63,904 nt of DNA from Paraphysomonas bandaiensis (GCA_965644295.1 CBFFRP010000533.1:1-63904), one strand, 5' to 3'; shown: positions 38,406-51,727, numbered from the stretch's first letter. The notes: a model not told the origin generated them from the letters alone. Numbers and translations are program-made.

Positions 38406-39819
38406 CTTTATATCACAGTTATCACACTCAGAGCTATTGGAATGACTGTGTTTTTATGCTCCTGTAATTCACTCTCACATTGAAATGATTAGTGACAGTA
38501 AGTGCATGAGATAGTCATATTCAGTGGAGTATATGTATGTATGTATAGTCTATGTGTGTTAGTATATATCCACATCCACTTCGACTTCCACTCCGACTTC
38601 GACTTCATACTTTGCCTGCAACTTCACTTCGCTTCCCTGTCTGTAGACGTATTATTATTGAGCCGTAAATTGGACCGGATTGGACTGGACTGGATATTAT
38701 TGTGGATACAGAGAGTACAGTGTACTTTACGTTTTCCTATATAAAAAGTAGGGATAAAACCCACCTCCAGTAGGTGCCAAAACCCCAATTACAAAGAGTC
38801 CGCTCAACCACAAAAATCCATATTTCTAGAAACTAGACATAAAAAATCCCGTTTGTCCAGCTCACACTGAAGCTGTGGATCATGTCATTGCCAGCCCTCA
38901 TCTGACTGAGGACAACAGGCAGACTGACACTATTGATTTGTCGTGGAGTATCAATCAGTCAGCAATACTGGCAATACTGGCAATATGCCTGATGTATTGA
39001 CATGATGTGCAGTGGTGTGTAGTGTCATGCGATACACTGGGAGTTATAACTTACAGACAGATGACTACAACTCACAGTGTCAGTTGTCTGTTGTCTTAAC
39101 GGGAAGCTAAAACCAATTGTGTGGCTATCTGCGATGTCGCCTCACGCCATTGAAATGACAATTACCCTGTACATAGATATCAACATCAGACAGTGCGTAT
39201 GCACATATATAGACGTGATATCTCAAGATATAAACTCCTTATGCTTCAGCACATTCATACAGTGCTGTATATAGTATTGTTGTAATAGGTATTGTTCTAG
39301 TACCATAGTGGTTCACTTTTTATGATATATAAGAAGTGTAGAACTTACTCTCACTCTATTGTACTATTTACTAGCTTATGGAATCTAAATATTGAGGAGT
39401 ATACGGAGGGATATATGGGGCCCGTACAGACAGAATTCGCGACACGACGCTCCCAGTTTGGAGTGCTGCTACTTTGAACCGTATCTTCCCTGGAGTATGG
39501 AACACATACCTGCCGCAGGTTGAAAGATTTTGGTCAAATCCCATCTAGAAATGTGTTTGGGGCGCAATACCACTGCTCTCTGAACTCGCGAGGATTTCGC
39601 TCTCTCGAGGTCGCAGTTGTAGGATTCCTCTAACCTCTCTTTTCAGTCAGTTATTTCTGCACCCCTGGTCCAAATTGCGAACTGCGTTTCCTCATGATAA
39701 TCGAGAATCTAGGCCTACGCCTCAACCCATGTCTCTCGCGCTCGGTACGCTCCCACCCTGATACAGGATCCTGTACCCCCTCCCAATCCTGCGGAGCCCT
39801 CCCCCAAAGGGTGCCTCTC

Positions 39820-40060
39820 CTCCTGACGAAACGAGCATTGACCTCAAAACCCTCACATCTTCGGATGACTATCCATACCCATTCAAGAGCGGAAGTAGTC
39901 GCACCTTGGTGCTTGCGCACAAGCAACTTTCGTAGCGCTCAAGAGTAGGACATCAGAGTTATACTAGTTAGTTTATGGCAGATAGCTTTGACTAGTCTGC
40001 TCATCTAGCTACTAAGCTGGTTCTGACTCTCAAACCCCTATTGCTAATAAACAGACATTT
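39820..40060 (+). mobile_element. Dispersed retroposon-like family, copy E (may extend 5' to ~39400)
   Basis: gagcggaagtagtcgcaccttggtgcttgcgcacaagcaactttcgtagcg...ccctattgctaataaacagacatt. Confidence 0.7.
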
Positions 40061-40491
40061 ATATACAATTTAGCCTGTTGCTAATATGTGAAATATTCTT
40101 AATTTGTGATTAAGAATGCACTTGTCACATCGTCAGTAAATGAAAATTAAATTAAGAATTAGTGCTCAGATATATCAAACCAAATGATTATTTCCTCGTC
40201 GTAATATTTACTTGAAAGACACACATACTTGTACAAATAAATTATAATAAATTATGCGACAAGTACATTATACAACTTTGTGAGGTACCCATCATGTGCC
40301 ATGCGCAGTGTAGCTTAAGCTCACTTTTCACCTTTGAGTCACTTATACGGTGCCAATATGCATCAACGAAAGAGTTAATAAAAATTATTCAATAAATTGA
40401 AATCTTACAGGTGATAATAAAGTTCAAATTAGAGTACACGGATAAAGTGTGAAATATCGCATAAACTGCATACCACTGGGCTAATCATATA

Positions 40492-41628
40492 TCACCTTTG
40501 GCCAATAGATACATTACCAAATATATTCTTAGCTTCTCGAGGCAGGCATCGCCAGTATTGCTGACGGGCTGATACTTTTCCATTAAGAGCCGTGGCGGCT
40601 TCCCATCCCCATCTGGGGTTGTAAAGAAAGGCACGGGCCAGTGCAACAGCATCAGCATCCTCAGCCTGGAGAATAGCCTCAGCCTGATGAGGGTCAGTAA
40701 TGAGACCAACTGCCACAGTCACTAATCCTGTCTGCTCCTTTATATTCTTAGCAAACGCAACCTGATAACTAGATTCCACTTTGATCTGTTGCTTTGGTGA
40801 TATACCACCCGAAGAAACATGTATATAATCACAGCCTCGGTCACGCAGCTCCGCAGCAAGTTCCACTGATTGCTGCAATGTCCATCCTTCATCTTGTTCC
40901 TCCAACCAATCTGTGGCTGAAATTCTCACTCCCAAAACACCTGAAAAAGATCCACGGACCGCTTCAAATACTTCAAGTGGGAAACGCATACGGTTTGCAA
41001 GACTGCCTCCATACCTATCTGAGCGGTGGTTAGATACCGGGGAAAGGAACTGATGAAGCAGATAGCCATGGGCAAAGTGGAGCTCCACTCCATCCACCCC
41101 AATACTTTGAGCTCTTCCAGCAGCACGCATGAAGTCATTCTTAACTTTAATTAGTTCAAATGCAGATAGTTCCTGAGGAAATCTCTCACCCTGCAACTGC
41201 GGAAGAGCGGAAGGTGCAGCCGTCGTCCAACCACCATTATCTATAGACAAAAGTTGCCCCCCGTCCCAAGGTACAGCACTAGATCCTTTTCTTCCAGCAT
41301 GTGCTAGCTGAATAAACACAGGAACATCTGGCGCTAAGGCCTTCGCTCGACTCAGTTTATTAGCCAAAGCATCTTGAGTTTCTCGATCCCAAATCCCCAA
41401 ACATGCAGGTGATATCCGTCCTTCTGGACTAACAGCAGTGGCTTCAATAATGAATAGTCCTGCTCCACTGTTCAGTAGATTGCCCCAGTGCATGAGATGC
41501 CAGTCTGTGGCTTCTCCATTTATAGCAGAGTATTGACACATTGGTGCAACAATAATTCGATTTGCAAGAGAAACAGTACATCCACTAGATGATGATTTCA
41601 ATAGAAGATTCGAGAATAGTTTGCTCAT
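40492..41628 (-). CDS. NADH:flavin oxidoreductase / Old Yellow Enzyme (YqjM/NamA-like), intronless
   Basis: NRIIVAPMCQYSA, EATAVSPEGRI, IQLAHAGRKGS, ELHFAHGYLLHQFLSP.SN.R.D.YGGS, VRISATDW. The ATG is the reverse complement of CAT at 41626-41628 and the stop is TCA at 40492, so the gene is on the minus strand; the track label is wrong. Confidence 0.95.
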   Translation of the reverse strand: MSKLFSNLLLKSSSSGCTVSLANRIIVAPMCQYSAINGEATDWHLMHWGNLLNSGAGLFIIEATAVSPEGRISPACLGIWDRETQDALANKLSRAKALAPDVPVFIQLAHAGRKGSSAVPWDGGQLLSIDNGGWTTAAPSALPQLQGERFPQELSAFELIKVKNDFMRAAGRAQSIGVDGVELHFAHGYLLHQFLSPVSNHRSDRYGGSLANRMRFPLEVFEAVRGSFSGVLGVRISATDWLEEQDEGWTLQQSVELAAELRDRGCDYIHVSSGGISPKQQIKVESSYQVAFAKNIKEQTGLVTVAVGLITDPHQAEAILQAEDADAVALARAFLYNPRWGWEAATALNGKVSARQQYWRCLPREAKNIFGNVSIGQR

Positions 41629-42958
41629 AGTCTCTCATGTGATGCACAGGCCTCAACTGCTCTCACAGCTGCAGTTTAATGGATGCATTTACATGACAAC
41701 AGTTACGAATACACAGAATACAGACGGTATATCCTATGCGATCCTTTCTATGTATGTATGTACGTATACAAGCTGAGTGTACTTATGTATGGTACATATG
41801 TACGTATCTACTTATGGATGTGTGTACTTATGGATATGTGTACTCATGTATATGTGTACCTCTGTACGCCTGTATCAGTATCCATGTACACACTGCATGT
41901 GTATCTATCTTCTAGCTATATGGCTCTCCCACACACAGAGCGAGATGATCACCTATTTAAAGGATATTTACAATCATGTGCTAGCACAATACAGAGTATT
42001 TACAGATATCTGCATTGCATTGCACTGTGCAATATAAATCTCCAATAAGCCCATCGACAGGTTCACATACATGCATATAGCTAGCAGATGCAACAGTGGT
42101 GTGGCGGTTAAGATATGGTGTGATGTTATCACTGCATGATCACTGGTACTAAACAATAGAATAGGATTAGATATGCAATTGTGAGGAGTATCTCTCCCCA
42201 TCTATTTCATCAGTTAGCCATAGCAGCGCTGTATTCTTGAAACTAGACATACAGATGACATGGATTGAATAATATTCCTTGCACCGATAATGTCATGACA
42301 CTAAACCATAGTTCTAGTTATTTTGTTAGAACAATGAGAGAGAAATAAATATAGCTGCAGATAACTCGGAGCGGTCCTCGCAGGAAAAGTAATATTTGCG
42401 TTGTGATTACGATGTTGTAAACCAATTATTCTCAATGTTCTGCTAGATAACATGCCGTATATGAACATGATTAACATTGTATTCTTGTGTTTCTATTACT
42501 CACGCTGCCTTTCCTCAGCGTGATGCGCGGACATAAAAAGACTAATAGAATATTGTAAATAACACACCATGTGTTTCGGTGTTGAAAAATCGAGCGCACG
42601 GCAATGATTATTCACGCTTGGTGTTGTCATATTATAAGTAAACACAACATATACTCAAATATAATCTTAAAGGAATAGTATATAATATATATCTTCATGC
42701 TATATTTCTTCTGGATGATAATCAGTTCGCATGTAGACATGCATAAAGGGTGTATTTTTATAATTTTTTATATACCAGACCAATACTATCGTGGATAAAC
42801 TAAATAGTCTTCAACAAAAGGGTATACAACTATTCAAACCACATCCTAAATTACGCAAATATTACGAAATATTGCTGAATGCAGGCATTGGTCAGAGAAG
42901 TGCGCAGCATATAAATCACATCAATTGACTGCTCACAAAACACAAAAGTGTGTGGCCT

Positions 42959-43460
42959 TTAGTTAGAGTTGCAAACGCCACATATGGAGCAAGTTGACCA
43001 ATACTTCCAAGTATTACCAGCCCAACCGAAAACCATTTTTGCTAGCACAACACATCAGAGACTGTATTAACGATTAGGTTAGCAACGTACCACAATCGAG
43101 ATTGAGTCCAGGATCACATGGAGTCCTACCATTAGCGCATTGACCCCAGTTTTGCTGATTTATCTGCCACAGACCAACATCATAGCTTCCACCTTTTCCA
43201 TTCTGGTTCTCCGCGTTGGCATTTCCTTCACTCTCGTGACTTACGATGCATTCACAGCTTGATTGTTTCCATCCCGAATACTTTGAGCACCATGAGCTGA
43301 TGCTTACCTTGTTTGGTGTGGACCCGCAAGGGCAGGAATCACATCCTCCAGGGCAATTTCCACCACAGTTGGTTGTTGTGAGGTTGAAATCCACGGTGTT
43401 GGTGGTGCCAGCAATGGCGAGAGCAAAAAAGCATACAAGAGTAGCAACGGATTTGATCAT
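42959..43460 (-). CDS. Secreted Cys-rich lysozyme-like (C-type/SLT fold) protein; intron 43042-43090
   Basis: Signal peptide, CGGNCPGGC module, catalytic ES.GNANA and YDVGLWQIN. Second exon AKMVFGWAGNTWKYWSTCSICGVCNSN*. Confidence 0.85.
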
Positions 43461-43613
43461 TTTATCTTATATTCGGAACGAATAGAAATAATGATATATA
43501 AATTACAATGTTCTGTTATTACGTTACCCCATTTTGGATATGCATGTCATCTTGGACACATTCTGGAACGGCCACGTTGTCTATCTCTATAATATCATCC
43601 CATAAGAATTCTT

Positions 43614-43890
43614 ACACGTTGTATCCATCTTGTCCACGTTGGAGATGTCACTCTGCACGTTGCATCCATCTTGTCCACGTTGGAGATATGTCCACTCTGC
43701 ACGTTGCATCTACCTTGTCCACGTTGGAGATATGTCCACTCTGCACGTTGCATCTACCTTGTCCACGTTGGAGATATGTCCACTTTGCACGTTGCATCTA
43801 CCTTGTCCACGTTGGGAGATATGTCCACTCTGCACGTTGCATCTATCACGTTGGAACACGTTCTATCTGTCCACATAGCTGCTGCACGTT
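43614..43890. repeat. 44-bp minisatellite, ~6 copies
   Basis: Unit TCCACGTTGGAGATATGTCCACTCTGCACGTTGCATCTACCTTG starts at 43674, 43718, 43762 and 43806. Confidence 0.9.
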
Positions 43891-44039
43891 GGTCCGTATA
43901 TAAGCCAATTAGATGCCTATATTCTACATTGATCAGTCTATTACCAACCAATTCCATTTGAAATCAACTCATTGGCCAGACTACACTGTATTGCAGACTA
44001 CTGCTACATACACATTTAGTACAGTAGATCAGTAGATAC

Positions 44040-44672
44040 ATACACATGAGATGATACAGACACATGAGATGAGATATAACTGCAGATGCACACATATGAT
44101 GAGATCTAACTGCAGATGCCCTCATGAGATGAGATGAGGGCTATCTGCAGATGCACACATATGATGAGATCTAACTGCAGATGCACACATATGATGAGAT
44201 CTAACTGCAGATGCCCTCATGAGATGAGATGAGGGCTATCTGCAGATGCACACATATGATGAGATCTAACTACAGATGCCCTCATGAGATGAAATGAGAT
44301 CTAACTGCAGATGCACACATGAGATGAGATCTAACTGCAGATGCACTCATATGACAAGATGAGATCTAACTGCAGATGCACACATATGATGAGATGAGAT
44401 CTAACTGCAGATGCACACATGAGATGTGGTCTATCTGCAGATGCACTCATATGATGAGATCTAACTGCAGATGCACTCATATGACGAGATGAGATCTAAC
44501 TGCAGATGCACTCATGAGATGAGATCTAACTGCAGATACACACATATGATGAGATCTAACTGCAGATACACTCATATGATGAGATCTAACTGCAAATGCA
44601 CACATGAGATGAGATCTAACTGCAGATGCACTCATGAGATGAGATGAGATGAGATCTAACTGCAGATGCACA
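44040..44672. repeat. 30-40-bp minisatellite (GAGATCTAACTGCAGATGCACACATATGAT with variable GAGAT pentamers)
   Basis: Direct reading, ~19 units. Confidence 0.92.
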
Positions 44673-45157
44673 AATACATGTGATGACATCGCTGTGATAC
44701 TTGTACATGTTAGTATCATTACATATCGTTTATTTACAGTTGTTTCTGGGGAGCTCATCTCTCTTATCTGTTTGAGTTTATTCTAGTATGTAATCATGTA
44801 ATCATCATCTGTGGGAAAAGTTTTACTTTTAACAATATTACTGAAGCTGCAAGTGTGATCAACCCTGACCTAGTGTGTTGGTATTGTACTATTATCTACA
44901 AATAATTATATGTGCACCATTTGAAGTGATACCTAAACACTGTTTATAATGAATCGCATTACAGTGATTATTTGTAGTTGAAGCCACTAATTTATTGAAA
45001 TAGTGCGCATTATGTCATAAGTATAGACATTCCAGTGCGAAGTTCACATATAGAATTCCGTAGACTTAGACTTGTATAACTAATGAGATATCTTATACGA
45101 ACGTTTTCTCAGTATTTTGTATGACGTTAACATTTATACATATTTGGCAGCGTCTGG

Positions 45158-45283
45158 AAGGCTTGCGTACCAATTAATTGGTTTCAACTTATTGGCAACA
45201 ATAGCCACTAGTTGGATGCCTGATTAGTAATTGCAATTATTAGTGTTGGACATCTGTCACTAATTAATTGCTACGCAAGCCTG
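45158..45283. mobile_element. 126-bp hAT-type MITE
   Basis: TIR aggcttgcgta..caattaatt / aattaattgctacgcaagcctg; 8-bp TSD gcgtctgg / gcgtttgg (7 of 8 match). Confidence 0.75.
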
Positions 45284-45538
45284 GCGTTTGGTGTTAGCTA
45301 GAGTCTGTATGATATATTACTCGGCAACTACGATCTACGATATTTCAGTATAATGGAAATCGCACACTCGCTAATTGATAACAATATATCTTTAATCTGT
45401 AATTATTAAATTCTACTCACCTCGTCAAACTTTAGGTAAAAACAAAATACAGTAGAATTTATCGTCAATGTTAAATGACTAATATAGTAATATAGATATG
45501 CCGTTAAGCGCTTTCGACTTCGTATAGTCGTGCTCCGA

Positions 45539-46213
45539 TTAGACTTTATTTGTCTCGGCTGGGACAGCAGCTGTGGTTGTTGATGTTAACAGGTGAACAA
45601 CACCGGAAATTATGAGAGTAAGAATAGACACACCCAAGCAATGAAAAGCGGGTCCATATTCTATATCCTGATCCGTATCATCCAACTCCTCGTAGCATTC
45701 GCTGAATGATGACATAGCAATAATAACAAATATCAAAGCAGCGACAGAACAAATGACACCGGTCACTTTCGTGCACGTTGTTCCCCTGGAATCACTAAAC
45801 CGCATTACAGTCACAATGACAAGGGGAATCATTAAAATCCACGCCATTAACAGAAAAACGATTGCCGCATTACCACTTTCCTCACACTCCTCACAAAAGT
45901 CATTATCGCAATCGTCATAATCAACTTCATCACCGGGATCATTTCCGTCTTCTTCTGCCGTCACAAGCATTCGAGTGCCAAAGTAAACCTTATAGTCTTC
46001 GCCATGAACACTGAACTCGCTATTTGCCCAGTTGCATGCAATTACGTTGTCTTCATTTCTGGATGATCCCGCCAAACCAACACAGAAGAAAATGAATGAT
46101 AGAACTGCACAGAACACAGCAAGAATCATCAAGTAGAATCGATTGGAGTCAAAGTACGATACTCCAACCCCGCCAATCTTTTTACAGAATGCATTATCTT
46201 CACAACCTTTCAT
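45539..46213 (-). CDS. Four-TM membrane protein, claudin/amastin-like topology
   Basis: Four hydrophobic segments; extracellular loop with W..YFG..CDNDFCEEC; YGPAF before TM4. Confidence 0.7.
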   Translation of the reverse strand: MKGCEDNAFCKKIGGVGVSYFDSNRFYLMILAVFCAVLSFIFFCVGLAGSSRNEDNVIACNWANSEFSVHGEDYKVYFGTRMLVTAEEDGNDPGDEVDYDDCDNDFCEECEESGNAAIVFLLMAWILMIPLVIVTVMRFSDSRGTTCTKVTGVICSVAALIFVIIAMSSFSECYEELDDTDQDIEYGPAFHCLGVSILTLIISGVVHLLTSTTTAAVPAETNKV

Positions 46214-48227
46214 GGCACAGTGTTTTGCTTCGCATAAACCGACTTCGAATAGTTATCACAGTGTCTCGTAAATATGATATGTTTAATTTCATGCTTCCGT
46301 ACATTCTAATGCTTATAAAATAGGCTGACAAGCTTTCGAACAGCGTTTGGAACTCTTTGTTTGAATTCTTTGATCTGTTGCAACATAAGAAACCAGTGAG
46401 ACACATGGACCTGTACGTCACTCCATTCTTAACGGACGAAATACAGTTACTTGACATAGCCAGCGAATCATATTGCTCGTAGTTCTTATATAATGATATT
46501 ACTGGCTATGAGACTATTATGAGAGTATAATGTGAAATACAACAGTATTATGTGAATACATCTACTGCTGGATACTCTGATACCCAATAAATCCCTTTAG
46601 GCCTAAATAACCCATATTTTTAGGAATTTTTTAAGGGATTTTGATGTTGGTTATTATAAATGCCTGATATTTGTACATTGTACAGCCCACAACCCACCCT
46701 CATAGATACAGTCACAGTGATGCCTGAGGACACCAAGAGCGTGTCTCATATGCCGCTTGATCAGACATATGCCACTAATATTCATAGCTAGACACAACCA
46801 CTCGGTTATATCAAACACTCTCTCATGAATATGCGGCTCTATTGCTCACATCATAAAGAAGTTGCCACTGCATTGAAAACACACACAGAGACAGTTAGAA
46901 TCCTACATGAAAGCGAGACCTGATGAGCGTATGGTGTGTTTGGGGCATCAACTCATATGGAGGGTTAGTGCTTGACACTGCACTCATTATCTACACCACG
47001 CCTGGTCCGGAGAACGCAACTGATACTCCACCAATAAAATCAGAGCCAGCTAGGTATGTATGTATATGTATGTATATGCTAGCTACAGTATAGTTATTAT
47101 TATAGTAGCAAAATTTGGCCTGGCAATATATCGATATATTCTCTTCATGCTTGTGTGTCTTTCATTATATATTTAATTAATCATAACTTACTCTTCATAA
47201 TCAAATAACTCATCTGTTATTATAATATCTTCCCTACTCCGAGGGCATGTCCTAGTAAAGTGCTAGTTTTGATCAAACTAAGTTGCGTAAAGATTGTTAC
47301 TGAAATCAAAGCGTATTCTTTGTGTGACGGCACCAAGCAAGACCTACACTATCCTGACATAGCCTATATAGGATTATGAGAAACCCCGGGCATTCTAGGG
47401 GAGGAAGGGCTCGGCCAATTCTGTGCTAGGCCTATACTGAGTCATTCATGATCTTTGTTAGGTGATGGGGAAGTGAACATAGCCCTACTAGAATCTCCGA
47501 GAAATACATATGTAAGTCATGCATAGCTATGAGAAATCCCGCGTAATCTTAGCGAAGGTAAACACGGGTGAGGAGGCAACAGAATCTGCGCGTGATCTAT
47601 GCGGCAGGGTTGAGAATCAATTAATTGATTCAAGTTTTATTCAATTATAATTTGCAATTATTACTTGCTGTGCATCTCAATTTCAATCATTGCAATTATT
47701 TAATAGTAAACTACATTACCTGCAAATATATTGCTACTCCATCTGTCATTTCATTCCAGAGACGACGGTTAGTGCTTAAAGATATAAGTAATTCTAAATT
47801 CTAATCAGTCATAGCAATCTTAGCTCTACTGCACAGCCTTTTTACCTTATTGGTTGGGCGCAAATGCTTAATGCTGTGGCGTAATATCGAAGCATAATCT
47901 AAGCTGTTGCGAGGCTATCTAGTCATGCAAAGTTGATTATGACACTTGAGCGTAGAAACATGAATCCGTATCGTGTAGATTCGTTGCATTCTTACGATCC
48001 AATTACATGTTTTGAGATGCTTATATGCCCTCCATGAAGCCCTGCAAGAAGATCCTGATGTGCCTGTGGAGAGCGAGAAGTAGTTACGATTCGTTGTCTC
48101 TATTATAATAATATGCATATTTATAGAGAGATACATGAGAAACATCTCTGGTAAAATATCCCCCAGGACACTTTGTTGAGAGGAGGGTCAATATTCTGCT
48201 TGCTCGCTGCGTTTGCGTTGAGTGATA

Positions 48228-48274
48228 GAGCAAAAGTGGTTGCACCTTGGTGACGCACAAGCAGCTTTCGTAGC
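48228..48274 (+). mobile_element. Dispersed retroposon-like family, copy F (core only)
   Basis: gagcaaaagtggttgcaccttggtgacgcacaagcagctttcgtagc. Confidence 0.6.
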
Positions 48275-48465
48275 CTTTGCTTGAATAGATATTGATATAT
48301 ATGAATCCATATACGAATATCGTTTCTGAATACACATTTAACCTTCCAATACTATCGTATTGTTATTAGTCGGACATAGTAAGTCAACAGAACATTCTAG
48401 ATAGCTAATTCATAAACGGAATCCGATTAATATACCTATCATTTCTAACATTGCTAGATTTAGCA

Positions 48466-51400
48466 TTACAGCATTACGTTGTCCTCTCCAATGAGCCTGC
48501 CGATCTTGTCTACGATAGTTCCACCACCTGGGCTGTTGGCTACATCACGCCAACCGTGAACAAAGTCATTGTGATAGAGACAGCCGTTGTTGTCCTTGTC
48601 GAACCTACGCGTATTGGTCACAACGATATACACATCACTACTCAGTGCTAATACAAGGAGCTATAGATAACATTATACGTACTTTTGAAACATCTGCATC
48701 TCCTTAAATAGGTTCCCCTTCTCGCCTGTGATAAGACGGAAAATGGTACTGAATTGCATGGGATTCAAGGAGGGTTCATTGCCGTCAACCCTTCGAGCGT
48801 AAGAATGGAAGCAGCGCTCAAGTTGTTCATCAGTAGTGATCGATCCTTCTGCGGTCACACGGCTACGCTCAGCCTCCTTCTCGAGTCTTTCGGCCCGTGT
48901 TCCAAGTTTGCGGCCCATATCCTTGAGAGAAGGACAACGGCTGCCAAGAGTACGGGCAGTAGATGTCGACGTAGAAGTCCCTACTGAGGTAGTGGACTCT
49001 CCATGGGAGAGTTCACCCAACGACTCCACCTGTGCATGTGTTGTCAATGTCATGGTTTAATTCCAATGCAGTATCAAACAAACCTCATGCGCCCGGATAT
49101 CGTCGTCATCGAAGTCATCGCCAGCTTCGCCGGCTTCCTCGTCACTATCTGGAGCAAGGTTGACACCTTCTATCTTCTTAACAAGATTCTCTTCCTCTTC
49201 ACTGGAAGCAGCAGCAGCGACTGCCATTTCGGCATCCAACGCCGCAGCTTCCGCTGCTAGCCGGGCATTCTCCTCCTCTACACGTCGTGCTTCCTCTACC
49301 TTCAGTCGCTCTAGAAGACGCTGTGCGTCTCCAACCTCATTTCCGGAGTAATTGATAGACTGAGCAGTCTGAATAGCTTCCTCCAAAGAGGGAGCCATTT
49401 CATACGCGATGGCAGAGTTTAGGATACCCTTAACTTCTTCTATCATCGCCTTCTCTTTGCGTAAAGCCAAGAGCTGGGCACGAGCATTGTTAATCAGGTT
49501 CTGGTCAACAGATACTTCTTCTCCAGCGTGAAGTGCTGATGTCAGGTCATCGCAATTATCAATGGACGCATTCTCAGACGCCGCAACTAAGGCCTTCTCC
49601 GCTTCCTCACGAGCCTGTCGCACTGCCTCTTCGCGGGCTTGTAATGCTGCCAGGTGTTCCCTAGCTTGCACGAGAACTGGGAAGTCTACTTCAATCTCCT
49701 CCAAACATTCTGCTTGCTTGATGGCAGCGGCTATAGCAGCGCTATCATCCTGACTCATAGCTGAAAGAAGACGACCACTCGCTTCATCAACGACCTTCTG
49801 CCTTCTGTCGGCCTCTTCCAATTTAAGTCGTTCTTCTTCAGCTAAGACAGCTCGGCGTCGAGCTTCCTCTTCAGCAGCCTTCCTTTTGGTCTCTTCCTCT
49901 GCCCTCGCTCTGGCCTCGGCCTCTTCCTTCTGCTTCTTCTCCTCGGCTTCTGCACGAGCCCTAGCTGCTATTGCCTCCTCCCTCGCCCTTTCCCTAGCCT
50001 CTTGCTCCTCCACACGTTTCTTTTCTATACTCAGAATGTGCGCACCTCCATTGGCAATAGCAATGGCATGGTACAGGGTAGACGCCCAGTCCATCATCTC
50101 ATCCATGGTCACCCCTTGCATTATCAGAGACGTCACGCCGGACACTACTCGAAAGCAGAAAAACTTTCCGGTTTCTGCGGAAGACATTAGGGACACCGCG
50201 CTACCCATCAGTGGAACTTCCCCCTTCACTGCAGCGTCAGGGCTATCATTCTCTTTATACACAAGCCTGCCCTCTTCCAGCACAAAGAAACGTTCCTTCC
50301 AGTTCTTTTGAGTGTTACCCCGGCGCTGCCGAGAGAGCTTCACAAGATATCCGCTCTTCTTTGGGGCCCGCCGGAAACCGAGATGCAAAGGTGGTTTCCA
50401 GTTTTTGAGCTGCTCGATAGTTTGTGCATAGGACTTGAGAATACATGATTCACCATTAATAGAGGTCAATGCGGACCCGATAGACACCCCCGTTTCCCTA
50501 AAGTTTGATAGTTTCACAAGGGCCCATTCCGCCGATCGCTCCAACACCACTCCAAGAGGTTTATCTTCGTGGAAACATACATCGTAAAAGACGTCCTCCT
50601 CTAGCTTAGCGAGAGCAGCCTGTAGCAAAGGATCGTCATTCTCAGGCTCGGAATTGGCTATCGATGATCTAATCGCATGAATCCATGCCGACGTACTCTC
50701 CCTTGAGTCGGACATTACGTGTAGAACCTTCTTAGAGGTTACTAGCTCGAATGCGTAATGGCCAAGATTCGTCTCAAATACACTACAGTTTGGGTGAATC
50801 TCATACAAGTCGATCACTTCCATCTGTCCGTCTGTGTTCTTTTCCATAACTAGAATTTCATTTGCCGTTAGAACGAAGTAGTATTCGTCCCACACGTCCC
50901 CTCCCTTGGGTGGGCGCATACGAAGTTTTCCTCTCTTAGTTGCGTTCGCGTAAGCATTTTCGATTCGCTCTACTGTCGCCTTCTCGTCTGCTGCGTATTT
51001 ATTCAAAATATTCATGATACCCTTCTTCCAAGCGTTATACTCGTGGCTATTTGAGTCGAATCGTAAACCGAGTCTAATAAATAGATTTGCTATATTAACA
51101 CAGAGTGTCATAAACATTGACGTGCTTACGTGGAATTCGTGGAGGTGTCTGCAAGAGTAATGCTAAGCTTATCATCATTTGCAACGATAGTGGTATCCGG
51201 TGTAAACTTCATCATACCCTGTACACAACATAGTAGTGAGAAAACAAAAACACATTCTATAAAAATATGACCTGAATGGCGCTGGTATGCTCATGATCCT
51301 GATGCCATGTTATCGCCGCGTCATGCAATATAAAAAACTTGCGAGACTTTCCTCTATCCACTAGACCGCCTTTCTTGGTAATGTATCCTCTGATAGAATT

Positions 51401-51727
51401 CTTTGCTTGTAAGATTGATTCCTCAATTGCTCCCTTCCAAGAAGCTCTCTCATCAGCATCTTTAGCAGCTACTATGAGTGTATGGAAGGGTGTTGTAATA
51501 GTGATACAGTGAGGCCTTCCCGGCATAGTAGATTCCTCTACAGATGCTTCTGATGTAAGTAGAAGATCCCCTCTAGCCTTATCGACTGAGTTATGGTCTA
51601 CATAGTACGTCATGGTGTTCCCATTGAGCATGAAGTATCTCTTCTTCCAGTTACGACCAGAGCCTTTGGCTAACTTGATTAGATAGCCTGATTTCACTAT
51701 ACTCGCCTCTAGTTTGATGGCGGACAT
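48466..51727 (-). CDS. Multi-PH (4x) + PDZ-like + coiled-coil + C-terminal EF-hand protein, 5 exons
   Basis: PH motifs KSGYLIK..NWKKRYF, RGYITKKG, KRGKL..WDEYYFVL, KSGYLVK..NWKERFFVL; PDZ-like KPLGVVL; last exon FDKDNNGCLYHNDF..GEDNVML*. Confidence 0.85.

Noticed and set aside
35189-38445. Plus-strand ORFs over the zinc-finger gene
   Set aside because: Antisense shadows of the repetitive CDS.
40492-41628. OYE on the + strand as given in the ORF track
   Set aside because: The peptide is encoded by the reverse complement.
43508-44758. ORFs over the two minisatellites
   Set aside because: Products of tandem repeats read in shifting frames.
46905-46935. GAAA..CTGATGAG hammerhead-like words
   Set aside because: Only 7 nt between the motifs; stems I and III cannot form.
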